DNA from: a bacterium
Lineage (GTDB): Bacteria > RBG-13-61-14 > DATKZS01
Assembly (NCBI GenBank): GCA_963674965.2
Contig: CAXXFL010000001.1
Span: 704,001 to 768,000 of the forward strand
Length of the DNA: 64,000 bases
Direction: 5' to 3'
A program made the position numbers and the translations under genes. The notes beneath the pieces are model-generated. The model searched no databases. It was not told the DNA's origin and saw nothing but the letters and a program-made list of their open reading frames with translations. The stretch's first letter is position 1, and every line of letters begins with the position of its first letter. Positions 19,261 to 29,337 of this stretch are shown here, in pieces.

Positions 19261-20313
19261 ATGACGGTAAAAACGGAAATAAACGAGACCGACGGCGCGC
19301 TCAAGATTTTGCGTGAAGTGGGCAAGGCCCTGACCTCGACCCTTGAACTCGACTCGGTGCTGGGCGTGATCATGGACATGATCGCCACCCTTTACAAGCC
19401 CAGCGACTGGTCCCTGTTAATGGTGGACGAGGACACCAACGAGCTTTACTTCGCCGTGGCCGTGGGAAAGGCGGCGGAAAACCTCATGGACCTTCGCCTT
19501 AAAATAGGCGAGGGGGTGGCGGGCTGGGTCGCCATGCACGGAGAGCCGGTGGTGATCACCGACGCCTACAGGGACGAGCGGTTCGCCAAGTGGGTAGACG
19601 GCGACAGCGGCTTCAAGACCGACTCGATCGTTTGCGTTCCCCTGATCAGCAAGGGTCGGACCATGGGCGTTATCGAGCTGGTCAATTTCTCGAGCAGCTT
19701 CAAGGAGCGCGAGCGCCTCGAGTTGCTCGAGGCCATGGCGGACTTCGCGGCCATCGCCATCGAGAACGCTCGCTACGTCAACCGGGTCAAGGAGTTGACC
19801 ATCATCGACGACTGCACCGGCCTTTACAACGCCCGCCACATGCACGACCTTATCGACGCGGAGATCAGCCGGGCCAACCGTGAGGGCGGCAACTTTTCCC
19901 TGGTCTTTCTCGATCTGGACCACTTCAAGGAGGTCAACGACACCAGCGGCCATCTGGTGGGGTCGAGACTCTTGGCCGAGATCGGCAAGGTCCTCAAATC
20001 ACAGCTTCGGGCCATGGACTGGGCCGTGCGCTATGGAGGAGACGAGTTCGTGGTCATCCTGCCCCATACCAACCGCGATCAGGCCATGATCGTGGCCAGA
20101 AGATTGAGGAAGGCCCTGAACGAGACGACCTTTTTCACGCGGGAGGAACTCAATATAAAGGTCACCGCCAGTTTCGGCGTGGCCTCATATCCCGAGGACG
20201 CCGGGACCAAGGAGGAAATCCTCAAGCTCAGCGATCAGGCCATGTACAAGGTCAAGGACACGACTCGGGACGGGGTCCGCTCGGCGGCGGGCGAAACTTT
20301 CGCGGACGATTAA
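19261..20313 (+). CDS. GAF-GGDEF diguanylate cyclase
   Basis: GAF domain; DLDHFKEVND; RAMD I-site; GGDEF. Confidence 0.93.
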   Translation: MTVKTEINETDGALKILREVGKALTSTLELDSVLGVIMDMIATLYKPSDWSLLMVDEDTNELYFAVAVGKAAENLMDLRLKIGEGVAGWVAMHGEPVVITDAYRDERFAKWVDGDSGFKTDSIVCVPLISKGRTMGVIELVNFSSSFKERERLELLEAMADFAAIAIENARYVNRVKELTIIDDCTGLYNARHMHDLIDAEISRANREGGNFSLVFLDLDHFKEVNDTSGHLVGSRLLAEIGKVLKSQLRAMDWAVRYGGDEFVVILPHTNRDQAMIVARRLRKALNETTFFTREELNIKVTASFGVASYPEDAGTKEEILKLSDQAMYKVKDTTRDGVRSAAGETFADD

Positions 20314-20366
20314 GGGCGAGCGGGCCAATTGGGGCCGCCGTCTCGCTCGCCTCTCAGAGACTCCGA

Positions 20367-21269
20367 ATGCGGGAAAACTTTTACAAGCTCATCCTCGACA
20401 ACGTCCACGACGGGGTTTACTTCGTGGACCGTGAAAGACGGATCACCTACTGGAACAAGGGGGCCGAGCGCATCACCGGGTACTCGAGCGCGGACATGGT
20501 GGGCAAGCGCTGTTTCGACGATATCCTCAAGCACGTCAACGAAAAAGGCGTAAAACTCTGCCGGGTCGCTTGTCCCCTCGTCGAGGCCATGTCCTCCGGC
20601 CAGACCCGGGAGGACCACGTGTTCCTTCATCATCGCGACGGCCACCGGCTTCCCGTCCACGTCAGGGCCGTGCCGGTGAGGGATGAGGGCGGGTCGGTGC
20701 TGGGGGCGGTCGAGCTTTTCAGCGACGCGAGCAAGACCCTGGCCGACGTGAAACGGATCGAGGTCCTGAGCGAGATGTCGCTTCTGGACTCGCTGACCAA
20801 GATTGGAAACCGCCGTTATCTCGAGATCAACCTCATGTCCCGCTTCGAGGAGTTCAAGAGGTACGACTGGCCCTTTGGGCTTATTTTCCTTGACGTCGAC
20901 GACTTCAAGAAGGTCAACGACCAGTGGGGCCACGAGGTGGGCGACGAGGTCCTTTTCATGACGGCGGCGACCCTTATTAACAACGTGCGGTCCTTTGACG
21001 TGATCGGCCGCTGGGGTGGGGAGGAGTTTTTAATCATCCTGGTCAACGTCGGGCAAGGGGAAGTAGGCAAGGTGGCCAACAAGCTGCGCGTTCTTATCGA
21101 GAAGTCCGGGCTTTACATGGGAGAGGACATTATCGAGGTCACCGTCTCGATCGGGGCCACCATGGCCAGGCCGGGAGACGACGTGGAAGGGCTAATGAAG
21201 AGGGTCGACCGGCTCCTTTACCAAAGCAAGGAAAAGGGAAAAAACAGGGTCACGGCGGACTGGGACTGA
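20367..21269 (+). CDS. PAS-GGDEF diguanylate cyclase
   Basis: PAS; DVDDFKKVND; RSFD I-site; GGEEF. Confidence 0.93.
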   Translation: MRENFYKLILDNVHDGVYFVDRERRITYWNKGAERITGYSSADMVGKRCFDDILKHVNEKGVKLCRVACPLVEAMSSGQTREDHVFLHHRDGHRLPVHVRAVPVRDEGGSVLGAVELFSDASKTLADVKRIEVLSEMSLLDSLTKIGNRRYLEINLMSRFEEFKRYDWPFGLIFLDVDDFKKVNDQWGHEVGDEVLFMTAATLINNVRSFDVIGRWGGEEFLIILVNVGQGEVGKVANKLRVLIEKSGLYMGEDIIEVTVSIGATMARPGDDVEGLMKRVDRLLYQSKEKGKNRVTADWD

Positions 21270-21295
21270 ACGAGGAATTTTCACGGAGGATAAGT

Positions 21296-21610
21296 ATGCC
21301 GGTTTACGAATACAAGCATCTGGGCGAGACCTGCTCGCTGGGCGAAGAGTTCGAGTGGGAGCAGGGCATCAAGGAAGACCCGCTGGTCGTTTGTCCCGAA
21401 TGCGGGGGCAAGGTGAAAAGGCTGGTATCGGGAGCTTTTCTCAGTTTTCCCAAGACCTCCAGCGAACTGAAGGGGCAGGGTTTTACCAAGCTGGTTCGGA
21501 GGGACAAGGGGGTTTACGAGAACGTGACCGCCTCGGACAAGGAGAGCAAGATAGTCAAAATGGGCGAGTCGAGCACTTATCCTGATTTCAAGTCCAAGAT
21601 TGGAGATTGA
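21296..21610 (+). CDS. FmdB-family zinc ribbon protein
   Basis: MPVYEY..CPECGG..KRLVS. Confidence 0.85.
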   Translation: MPVYEYKHLGETCSLGEEFEWEQGIKEDPLVVCPECGGKVKRLVSGAFLSFPKTSSELKGQGFTKLVRRDKGVYENVTASDKESKIVKMGESSTYPDFKSKIGD

Positions 21611-21618
21611 AGAAGCAT

Positions 21619-24600
21619 TTAATCCTCTCCCTGATCGGGCCCTCCCTCCAGTACCCGTTTCACCGCGTCGGCCAGCCTCTGCATGGAGAAGGGCTTTTTA
21701 ATGACGAGGGCCGCTCCCAGGGCCACCATCTCCTTGACCTCGGCGCCGTTGACCGCCCCCGAGCAGGCCACGATTTTAATGTCCGGCTTTATTTTCCTTA
21801 TCATCCGCATTATTTCCGGCCCGCTCGAGTTGGGAATTCTGGCGTCGATAATAGCCAGGTCCATGTCTTCCTTTTCGCGAGTTATTATCTCGGCCGCTTT
21901 TTGGGCGTCAATGGCCCCGAGGGCCTTATATCCCATCCGCCCGAGCAGGCGGGTGGTCACGTCCAGTATGGCCTCCTCGTCGTCGACCACCAGGATTTTG
22001 CGCTGACGATCATCCTTTTCGGGACGCCGGACCGGGTCCATATCCTTGCCTTTTTCCCGCCGGGCGGGCAGGAGGAGGGAGACGGTCCTTTTCCCATTTT
22101 GCGACTTGGCCAGGATGGCCCCTCCCAGAGCGCGGGCCAGAAGCGAGGCCGCGGCCAGAAGGGCCTCGTCGCCGCCGAAGTCGATCAACCCTATACGCTT
22201 CGAGTCAAGGGCTTCCTTGAATATCTCGAGGCCCTCGGGGCCGCCGTCGCTTTTAAAGGTGGCCCGGAAATACATGCCCGGGCCGGCGTCGAACCCTGAC
22301 TGGCTCAACATTTCCTCATTGACTTTATCGACCCCGGTCTCGACCTCGAGCCAGGCGTCCTCCATGTCTTCCATCAGGCCCCGGGCCATGGACGCGGCCA
22401 GGTTGGAGACTAAAAGCCGCAAGGCCGCCATGTCCGCGTTGATGAGTTCCTCGATCTCGGGAGTCTTTATCCGAACGAGCGGGCCGGCGGCAAGGGCCGT
22501 CTCCATTTCCTTGAGGGTTTCCCTCACGAGCGCGTCGGCGTTAACCGGGACCTTGTTCATGGTGGACGGGGACGTCGTTTCCTTGACCTTTTCGGTCCAC
22601 CGCGAGGCCTGGTCGGCCGCGGACCGCACCTTTTCCGCGCACAGCCTCGAGTCCGAGTCGTCCTCCAGGTCGCCGGCCAATATCTCAGCGTAGCCCTTCA
22701 TCACCGCCAGGGAATTATTGATCGCGTGCGCAACCGAGGACGACAAAACTCCCATGGACTCCAACTGAAGGGACCGGAAATAGGCTTCCCTCCCGGCCTC
22801 GCGCGCTCCGGCGGCGAGAAAGGGCTTTTCCTTGGGCCGGGATATCCCGTGGATGCCAGACAGCCGGCCTAACTGGTCCCTTAAAAGGGTGGCCCTGGTC
22901 TCGGTCCAAAGCACGCCCCCGCTCTTAGTATTAAAGCCAAGATCAAGAACGACCGACTCCTCGGGACTCTCGCCGGGCGCGCTCTCCCTTCTCAAGACCT
23001 CGGCGATCGATCGCCGGGCGGCGGCGGCCGACTCGGGCTCGAGGGCCTCCTCGACGCTCTCGTTCATAACCTCGTCGGCGGTGAAGCCCCGGAGGGCCTC
23101 GACGGACGGGCTGACGTACTTGGGCCTGAAGTCCATTCCCGTCACCCATATGAGGTCGACCGCGCTTTCCGCCAGGGCCCGGTATTTTTCCCTCGTTCGC
23201 ATGGCCTCGTCGCCCATCCTCACGCGCCCGGTCACGTCGTCCATGTGAACGATCACCCTGTCGGGGGGAACGAAGGCGTACTTGACCAGAAGGGTAAGAA
23301 TCATTCCGTCCTTTTTAAACTCGATCTCCTTCTCGAAACCGGTTTTCTCCCTGAAGGCCCGCTCGATCTCGGCGATCCTCTCGGGCTCGCGCTCGTAAAT
23401 TTCCCCGGCCTTCATTCCCACGTAATCGATGATGGCCCCGTCGGTGAACTTCATGGCCGCGTCGTTGTACTCGAGCAGGATGAAATCCTCTCCCTTTTTG
23501 CACCACGTAAAGGTCGGGGCGGGGATCGACTTGAAAAGGACCCTAGCTCTCTCCTCGCTCTGCCGCAGGGCCTTTTCCGCCTCGAGCCGGGCGGCCACGG
23601 CGGCAATATGGGACGCCACGCTCTCGAGGGCGTGCCTTACGTCCATGGCCGGCCGGCCGGGCCGGCTCGAGGAGAGGTGAAGTGAGCCGAGCACGCGCTC
23701 GCCCGTCCGCAGGGGAAGGATGACGATGGAATCGAGTCCCTCCTCGAGGCCCGCCCGGGCGGCGAAGTCGGGAAGGTCCGTGACGCGGCAGTAAAGCGCC
23801 GCCCCCTCCAGCAGGCCCCCCTCCGTCTCCTCCACGCGGGGAACGAAACGGACCGCGTCAACGAACTTGTCCGACAGACCCCGGTGAACCATAAGCTCCA
23901 GCACGTCCTTTTCATGGTCCACAAGATAAAGCCCGCCGCCCTCCATCTCGGATATCTGGATGGCCGCGCTGAGGGAATAGTCAAGGGCGGACTGGGCGTC
24001 GAGGCCCTGGCTGAGCATCATGCCCAACTCCCTTTGTATCTGCGCTATCCGAGAGGCCTTCTTGGCGGCCGAAATATCGCTGTTGACGCCGATCCACTTC
24101 GCCAGCTTTCCTTCATCGTCCCTTACCGCCACCCCCCGGCTGGAAATCCAGGCCCAGCTTCCATCCTTTCTTTTAAGCCGGTACTCGAGGTTGAAGTCGT
24201 CCTTTTTCGCCACGTGGTCGGCAACGGCCTTGATCACCTTTTCCTGGTCGTCGGGATGGACCACGTCTTTGGCCGCGACCACGTTGCGGGGAAACTCGCC
24301 CCGGCCGTAGCCGAGCATGCTGTCCACGTCCCCGAACCATTTGAAGTCGAAGGTGCGAGCGTCCCACTCGTAAATGGCGTCGCTGGCCACGTGGGCGGCG
24401 AGTCGAAACCTCATCTCCGACTCGCGCAGGGACTTCTCCATTTCCTTCCGGTCCGTCACGTCCCTGGTGATCACCTGGACGCCGAAGGGCTTTCCGTCCT
24501 TGTTCAGGAAGGTCACGTAATTCTCGAGCCACCTGTGGCCCTTGTCCCTGGTTTCGACCTCGACCTCGATGGGACCGGCCTCCTCGCCCCCGAGTATCTT

Positions 24601-26778
24601 GGAGAAAAGCTCCATGTTGTCAGTAATCTTGTCCTCGGGGATGACGCCCAGCTCCATAAAGGACTTACCGATTATCTGGTCCTTGGTCCATCCAGCCACC
24701 TCGAACTCGTTGTCGTTGAAGTCGATGATCCGGCCGTCGAGACCGATCAGGGTAATCATCTCGGGAGAGCGCTCGAACAGGGTCCGGTATTTTTCCTCGC
24801 TTTGCCTGAGAGCGTCGAGGGCGGCCTTGCTTTCGGTCACGTCGGTGTTGACCCCGATCCATTTGGTGGGAGTTCCAGACTCGTCGCGGAGGGCGAAGCC
24901 CCTGCTCTGAACCGTAATATAAGTCCCGTCTTTCTTTTTAACGCGGTACTCGGCCTCGAAGGGAGTGCCCTCCTCGAGGTGCCGGGCCACGGCCTCGAGA
25001 ACGCGGGGACGGTCGTCGCGATGGATTTGGGCGTTGTTGCCGTAAAAGTCGCGGGGAAACTGGCCGGGCTCGTATCCGAGCATGCCGTCAATGTCGCCGT
25101 ACCAGTTCATGCGCAGGGTCCGGGGGTCGGCCTCGTAAATCAGGTCGGTGGCGAGGCTGGCGGCTATGCGGAACCTTTCCTCGCTGGCCTCCAGCGCCGC
25201 CCTGGCCCTGCGGCGTTCCGAGATGTCGATGACGGTGGCCGCAATATATGACGATTCGCCTCGCCCTTCCTTGATCAAAATTGCGTTGACAAGAGCGGGA
25301 AAACGGGTCCCGTCCTTTCTCTCCAATAATATTTCCTCGGCGTTGAAGCTCTCCTCGGCGTTGACCTTGTTCCTGAGATCGACGGCCCGCTCAGGACCGA
25401 GAACGCGGAACAGGTCCCTGAAATTCATGCCCACCAATTCCGAGGCGGCGTACCCGAGCGCGTCCGCCATCGCTCCGTTGACGTAGGTGAAATCCCCTCT
25501 CGCGTCCACGATGCAGTTGCCCGTGCCGGACTGGTCGGAGATGGCCTTGAACTTTTTCAGTTCCTCCTCGGCCCGCCTCTTCGCGGTCACGTCCCGAGCC
25601 ACCGCCACGAACTGAACCGCCTTTCCGTTTTCGAATAACGGGGCCCCGCTGACGGATACGATCAGAAGCTCGCCCGACCGAGTGACCATCTCGTACTCGG
25701 CGCCCTGAATGGTCTCGCCCGACAAGACCCTGACCGCGTCCATGTAGGCCTTATCGAGGGAGCGGGGAGAAAATATCTTCATCTCCGTAAGATGAAGTCC
25801 AACCACCTCCTCGGGCGGGAAGCCGAAGACGCGTTTGCTCGAGGGAGAGGCGGCGGTAACGCGCAAATCGCCGCCCATGGCGAAGATCACGTCGGTCACG
25901 TTGTCGAAGTGGAGACGGAACTTTTCCTCGCTCTCGCGCAGGCCCTTCTCGGCCTCGATCTTTTCCGTAACGTCGAGAAAGGTGACAAGCGCGCACCTGC
26001 GGCCGTTGACCCAGGCCGAGCCGCCGGAGCAGTCCAGGACCCTCAAGGCCCCGTCCTTTCGTATGATCTTCGCCGAGAACTGGCCCGGCGGCTCTTTGTT
26101 CCCGATCCAGTCGCGGGAAAATTTTATTACCTTGCCAAGTTCCTCCGGCGCGAGCTGATTAAGCACGGCGCCGCCGGCGAGCTCCGAGAAGTCCTTTAGC
26201 CCGTAGGCCGCCACGGCCGCGGGGTTGGCGTAAATCATGCCCAGGTCCTCGTCGAAAACGAGGATGCCGTTTTGGGACTTGTCCGCGATCACTCGGAAAA
26301 GCTCGGGCCCTCCGGCAAGGTCGGCGGCGCCCGGGTCCTTGGAGGCAAGAGGGAGGGGGCGGCAAACGGCAATGCCCTTTCCACCCTCGACCATGAAGGG
26401 AATAAATAAAAGGATTACCTGCCTGGACGACCCGTTCGCGGCCAGGGAACATTCGATTTTATGGGGCAGACGAGACTCGAGGCAGGCGAGGATGGCGGAA
26501 TCGACGCGGCCCTTGCTTTCCGCGCCGGGGAATATCCTTTCCGCGATTTCCTCGACGCTTTGGTCGGGAAAGTCGAACTCGCGCCGAAAGGAATCGCTGA
26601 CCTCGATCAGTCTTTGCGCCTCGAAGACCAGAAGCGCGCCGCTCTCCCGGGCAAGATCGGGCAAGATGGACCGAAAGAAATCATCCCTCGAGATAAGGGG
26701 CGTTGAATAAGCTCCAGGGTCTGCCATTGATGTAGTACTCCCTTGGTACGCGCCCTCCGCGAAAAGGCGCTGAGCCAT
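21619..26778 (-). CDS. Multi-PAS/GAF hybrid sensor with HisKA and receiver; ATPase domain degenerate (start may be 26727)
   Basis: About 8-9 PAS/PAC repeats, GAF, AHAINN H-box, receiver VVDDE..IIDARIP..KKPF. Confidence 0.9.
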   Translation of the reverse strand: MAQRLFAEGAYQGSTTSMADPGAYSTPLISRDDFFRSILPDLARESGALLVFEAQRLIEVSDSFRREFDFPDQSVEEIAERIFPGAESKGRVDSAILACLESRLPHKIECSLAANGSSRQVILLFIPFMVEGGKGIAVCRPLPLASKDPGAADLAGGPELFRVIADKSQNGILVFDEDLGMIYANPAAVAAYGLKDFSELAGGAVLNQLAPEELGKVIKFSRDWIGNKEPPGQFSAKIIRKDGALRVLDCSGGSAWVNGRRCALVTFLDVTEKIEAEKGLRESEEKFRLHFDNVTDVIFAMGGDLRVTAASPSSKRVFGFPPEEVVGLHLTEMKIFSPRSLDKAYMDAVRVLSGETIQGAEYEMVTRSGELLIVSVSGAPLFENGKAVQFVAVARDVTAKRRAEEELKKFKAISDQSGTGNCIVDARGDFTYVNGAMADALGYAASELVGMNFRDLFRVLGPERAVDLRNKVNAEESFNAEEILLERKDGTRFPALVNAILIKEGRGESSYIAATVIDISERRRARAALEASEERFRIAASLATDLIYEADPRTLRMNWYGDIDGMLGYEPGQFPRDFYGNNAQIHRDDRPRVLEAVARHLEEGTPFEAEYRVKKKDGTYITVQSRGFALRDESGTPTKWIGVNTDVTESKAALDALRQSEEKYRTLFERSPEMITLIGLDGRIIDFNDNEFEVAGWTKDQIIGKSFMELGVIPEDKITDNMELFSKILGGEEAGPIEVEVETRDKGHRWLENYVTFLNKDGKPFGVQVITRDVTDRKEMEKSLRESEMRFRLAAHVASDAIYEWDARTFDFKWFGDVDSMLGYGRGEFPRNVVAAKDVVHPDDQEKVIKAVADHVAKKDDFNLEYRLKRKDGSWAWISSRGVAVRDDEGKLAKWIGVNSDISAAKKASRIAQIQRELGMMLSQGLDAQSALDYSLSAAIQISEMEGGGLYLVDHEKDVLELMVHRGLSDKFVDAVRFVPRVEETEGGLLEGAALYCRVTDLPDFAARAGLEEGLDSIVILPLRTGERVLGSLHLSSSRPGRPAMDVRHALESVASHIAAVAARLEAEKALRQSEERARVLFKSIPAPTFTWCKKGEDFILLEYNDAAMKFTDGAIIDYVGMKAGEIYEREPERIAEIERAFREKTGFEKEIEFKKDGMILTLLVKYAFVPPDRVIVHMDDVTGRVRMGDEAMRTREKYRALAESAVDLIWVTGMDFRPKYVSPSVEALRGFTADEVMNESVEEALEPESAAAARRSIAEVLRRESAPGESPEESVVLDLGFNTKSGGVLWTETRATLLRDQLGRLSGIHGISRPKEKPFLAAGAREAGREAYFRSLQLESMGVLSSSVAHAINNSLAVMKGYAEILAGDLEDDSDSRLCAEKVRSAADQASRWTEKVKETTSPSTMNKVPVNADALVRETLKEMETALAAGPLVRIKTPEIEELINADMAALRLLVSNLAASMARGLMEDMEDAWLEVETGVDKVNEEMLSQSGFDAGPGMYFRATFKSDGGPEGLEIFKEALDSKRIGLIDFGGDEALLAAASLLARALGGAILAKSQNGKRTVSLLLPARREKGKDMDPVRRPEKDDRQRKILVVDDEEAILDVTTRLLGRMGYKALGAIDAQKAAEIITREKEDMDLAIIDARIPNSSGPEIMRMIRKIKPDIKIVACSGAVNGAEVKEMVALGAALVIKKPFSMQRLADAVKRVLEGGPDQGED

Positions 26779-27036
26779 GATCGATCGTTCTCCGGTAAAG
26801 GCGACTCTTAGCTCTCCGTCGGGAGAGTCCCGGTCTCCTTACGTCAGGGCCGCAGCTAATAGGCAAGGCCCTCTCGAATCCAAGTTAACGAGTCATCTAT
26901 GAGTATATTTCATGAATGAGAAAAATTCCAAATGAAATTTGCGCGCCAGGCGTATTCTTCTCCTCACACGTCATCCATGGCCTTAGTTGGCCGCTAAGCG
27001 CGCATGGACGATCGATCGCGGATTTAGGGCGCCGCG

Positions 27037-27064
27037 TTGACATGCCGCCGGCTCGTGATAAAAT
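27037..27064 (+). promoter_or_regulatory. Sigma70-type promoter of bTHX gene
   Basis: TTGACA-16-TAAAAT with extended TG. Confidence 0.7.
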
Positions 27065-27110
27065 CGAAAATAGGTTGATCGCAAATTTAATTATAGAAGA
27101 GAGGTATTAA

Positions 27111-27218
27111 ATGGGCAGGGGAGACAAAAAAACGAAAAAAGGAAAAATCTGGCGTCACTCTTTCGGAAACACCAGGCCCAAACAGGGCAAAAAGAAAGAC
27201 AAATCCGACGAGTCTTGA
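27111..27218 (+). CDS. thx: 30S ribosomal protein bTHX (Thx/S31 family), 35 aa
   Basis: MGRGDKKTKKGKIWRHSFGNTRPKQGKKKDKSDES; GAGGT RBS; own promoter and terminator; below ORF-track cutoff. Confidence 0.92.
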   Translation: MGRGDKKTKKGKIWRHSFGNTRPKQGKKKDKSDES

Positions 27219-27254
27219 AAATATATCAAATGGACCATTAAAATCCTTGAAAGC

Positions 27255-27292
27255 TTTTTCAGCCCCCACTTTCCGGCGGGGGCTGGAAAAAA
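27255..27292. terminator. Intrinsic terminator-like hairpin after thx
   Basis: TTTTTCAGCCCCC-loop-GGGGGCTGGAAAAAA. Confidence 0.65.
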
Positions 27293-27502
27293 TTCCCGCA
27301 AGTAATCGCTCTCATCTCTTGAGCCGCCGGTTGCGGTTTTTTTCATGAGGTCTGTTGGTTCTTTCTTCCAGCGGGTTAATCGCGTTCCCTGATTCACGTC
27401 TCAGGCGTCGTTGACCGCGACGGGATTATGCTGTATTTTCAGTTTATTATCGTGAAAGATAAAGGCGCTTTTTTTTAGGCGCCTTAACTATCGGGATGTA
27501 AA

Positions 27503-28525
27503 TTGGGCGCTTCTCGCAAAATATACGTAGCTTTGGCGGCGTTTATGTCGGTGATCCTATTTGGGACCCTGGGATACGTGTTTCTCGAGGGGGCCGGCTT
27601 TCTCGACGCCATGTACATGACCATCATCACGGTGGCGTCGGTGGGCTACGAGGAGACCGTCGATCTCGACCAAAAAGGCCGCGTTTTCACGATGATCCTT
27701 ATCCTGGCCGGCCTTCTGACGTGGACCCTTTTTACCGTCAACCTGGTGGCTTTCCTGGTGGAGGGCGAGTTCCGCCGCCTTTTTCTTCACGCCCGGGCGA
27801 TGAAGAGGATTAGTAGAATGAAAAACCATTACGTTATCTGCGGGCTGGGCCAGGTCGGGACCTCGGCCCTCGAGGAGTTCATGGCCATCGGCGTTCCCTG
27901 CGTGGTCGTGGAAAAGGACACCCGGGTCATCGAGGACGTCAAGGAAAAGTATCCCGAGCTTCTCGTCATCCATGGAGACGCCACCAACGACGAGACCCTC
28001 GAGGCGGCCAACGTGCAGAAGGCAAGGGGACTGATGGCCGCGGCCGAGAGCGACGCGGACAACCTATTTATCGTGCTCAGTTCCCGCGCCAAGAACCGGG
28101 ACCTGGTTATCGTGTCCCGAGCCACCCGCACACAAAGCCGGGACAAGCTCCTTTACGCCGGCGCCAACCACGTGGTCATGCCCAACGTGACGGGCGGAAT
28201 GAGAATGGCCTCCCAGATGCTGAGACCGCAGGTGTGCGATTTCCTTGACGTCATGATGACCGGTACCAAGGAAATCCTCCGCATCGAGCAGGCCGTCATC
28301 GATAAAAGCTCGCCCCTGGCGGGCATGACCCTGGTCGACGCCTGCATCCCTCAAAAGACGGGCCTTTTAGTACTGGCCATCCTGCACAAGGACGGAACAT
28401 TCGTTTACAATCCCACCTCCATGGAAAAGATACTGGCCGAGGATACCCTGGTGGTGCTGGGCCGGGCCGACCAGATGCCCGCTCTCGGCAAGCTGATCGG
28501 GTCCAGGTCGGAGGCTAGCCGCTAG
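27503..28525 (+). CDS. Potassium channel protein (2TM pore + TrkA-N/TrkA-C RCK)
   Basis: TVASVGY filter, ICGLGQVG, GDAT, TrkA-C. Confidence 0.9.
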   Translation: MGASRKIYVALAAFMSVILFGTLGYVFLEGAGFLDAMYMTIITVASVGYEETVDLDQKGRVFTMILILAGLLTWTLFTVNLVAFLVEGEFRRLFLHARAMKRISRMKNHYVICGLGQVGTSALEEFMAIGVPCVVVEKDTRVIEDVKEKYPELLVIHGDATNDETLEAANVQKARGLMAAAESDADNLFIVLSSRAKNRDLVIVSRATRTQSRDKLLYAGANHVVMPNVTGGMRMASQMLRPQVCDFLDVMMTGTKEILRIEQAVIDKSSPLAGMTLVDACIPQKTGLLVLAILHKDGTFVYNPTSMEKILAEDTLVVLGRADQMPALGKLIGSRSEASR

Positions 28526-29183
28526 GCTTGCCCGTTTTCTTTCGAGGATCGATATACGCGGAATGGTCCGAGCCGGACATGGCCCGCAGTATGCCCACCA
28601 CCGACCTGGCCATGGCGTCTATTACCGCGTCACGCTCGAGGCCCGGGTCATGAGCGTACTCGTTTAAAATGGCCGTGACCGCCGCCAGGATGGCCCGTGA
28701 GGCCAGGCGCACGTCAAAGGGAGGAAGCCAGCCCCTGTCTATATGGTCTTGAAGGTCGCGGGTCTGCTCCTCGTGGTAAAGACGGCGCTCCTCCATGGCC
28801 AGTCGCCTCAACTCGGGAGGCATACGCTCGGTCTCTCCCGTCAGGAGCGAAAAGATCACCCGGTGCTTTTCCGCGAAGTTCATGAACTCCGTCACCGCCC
28901 GGACGTTGCGCTCCTCCAGGGAAACCGAGGAGGGAAGGTAGCGGACCTCGCGCAAAAAACGGCGAAGCGCCACGTGAGCGTCGTCCACCACCGCCGCGAT
29001 AAGGTCGTTCTTGTTCTTGAAGTGATGGTAAAAAGAGCCCACCGACGAACCGGCCCGCTCCGCTACCACGCGAACCGAAACCCCCTCGAAGCCCCGCTCG
29101 GAAATGATCTCGGTGGCGGCCCTTAACAGGTCGACCCTCGTGTGCTCTCCCCGGCTCTGCTTTTTCCTGCGCGTCTTCTCCAT
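28515..29183 (-). CDS. TetR/AcrR family transcriptional regulator
   Basis: HTH ..VAERAGSSVGSFYHHFKNK; start chosen downstream of TTGACA-17-TATGTT promoter. Confidence 0.92.
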   Translation of the reverse strand: MEKTRRKKQSRGEHTRVDLLRAATEIISERGFEGVSVRVVAERAGSSVGSFYHHFKNKNDLIAAVVDDAHVALRRFLREVRYLPSSVSLEERNVRAVTEFMNFAEKHRVIFSLLTGETERMPPELRRLAMEERRLYHEEQTRDLQDHIDRGWLPPFDVRLASRAILAAVTAILNEYAHDPGLERDAVIDAMARSVVGILRAMSGSDHSAYIDPRKKTGKPSG

Positions 29184-29193
29184 CGATTTTCCT

Positions 29194-29236
29194 GGAACAA
29201 CGGTTCTAACATAAGCCATGGCCTGGAAGTTGTCAA
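29194..29236 (-). promoter_or_regulatory. tetR promoter with adjacent GAAC-N4-GTTC operator
   Basis: Minus strand TTGACA(29236)-17-TATGTT(29213); GGAAC-AACG-GTTCT at 29194-29207. Confidence 0.65.
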
Positions 29237-29337
29237 CGAGAGGTGGATGAAAGGCCCGTGATCCCGCGCGCCAAGCCTTTTGTTCCGGGCTTATAACAAA
29301 GCGCGCCGTCCGCGGGACGCGGGACCCGCCACCCGGC

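Noticed and set aside
27087-27397. Minus ORFs 27087-27269 and 27155-27397
   Set aside because: Overlap the bTHX gene and its terminator; no coding features
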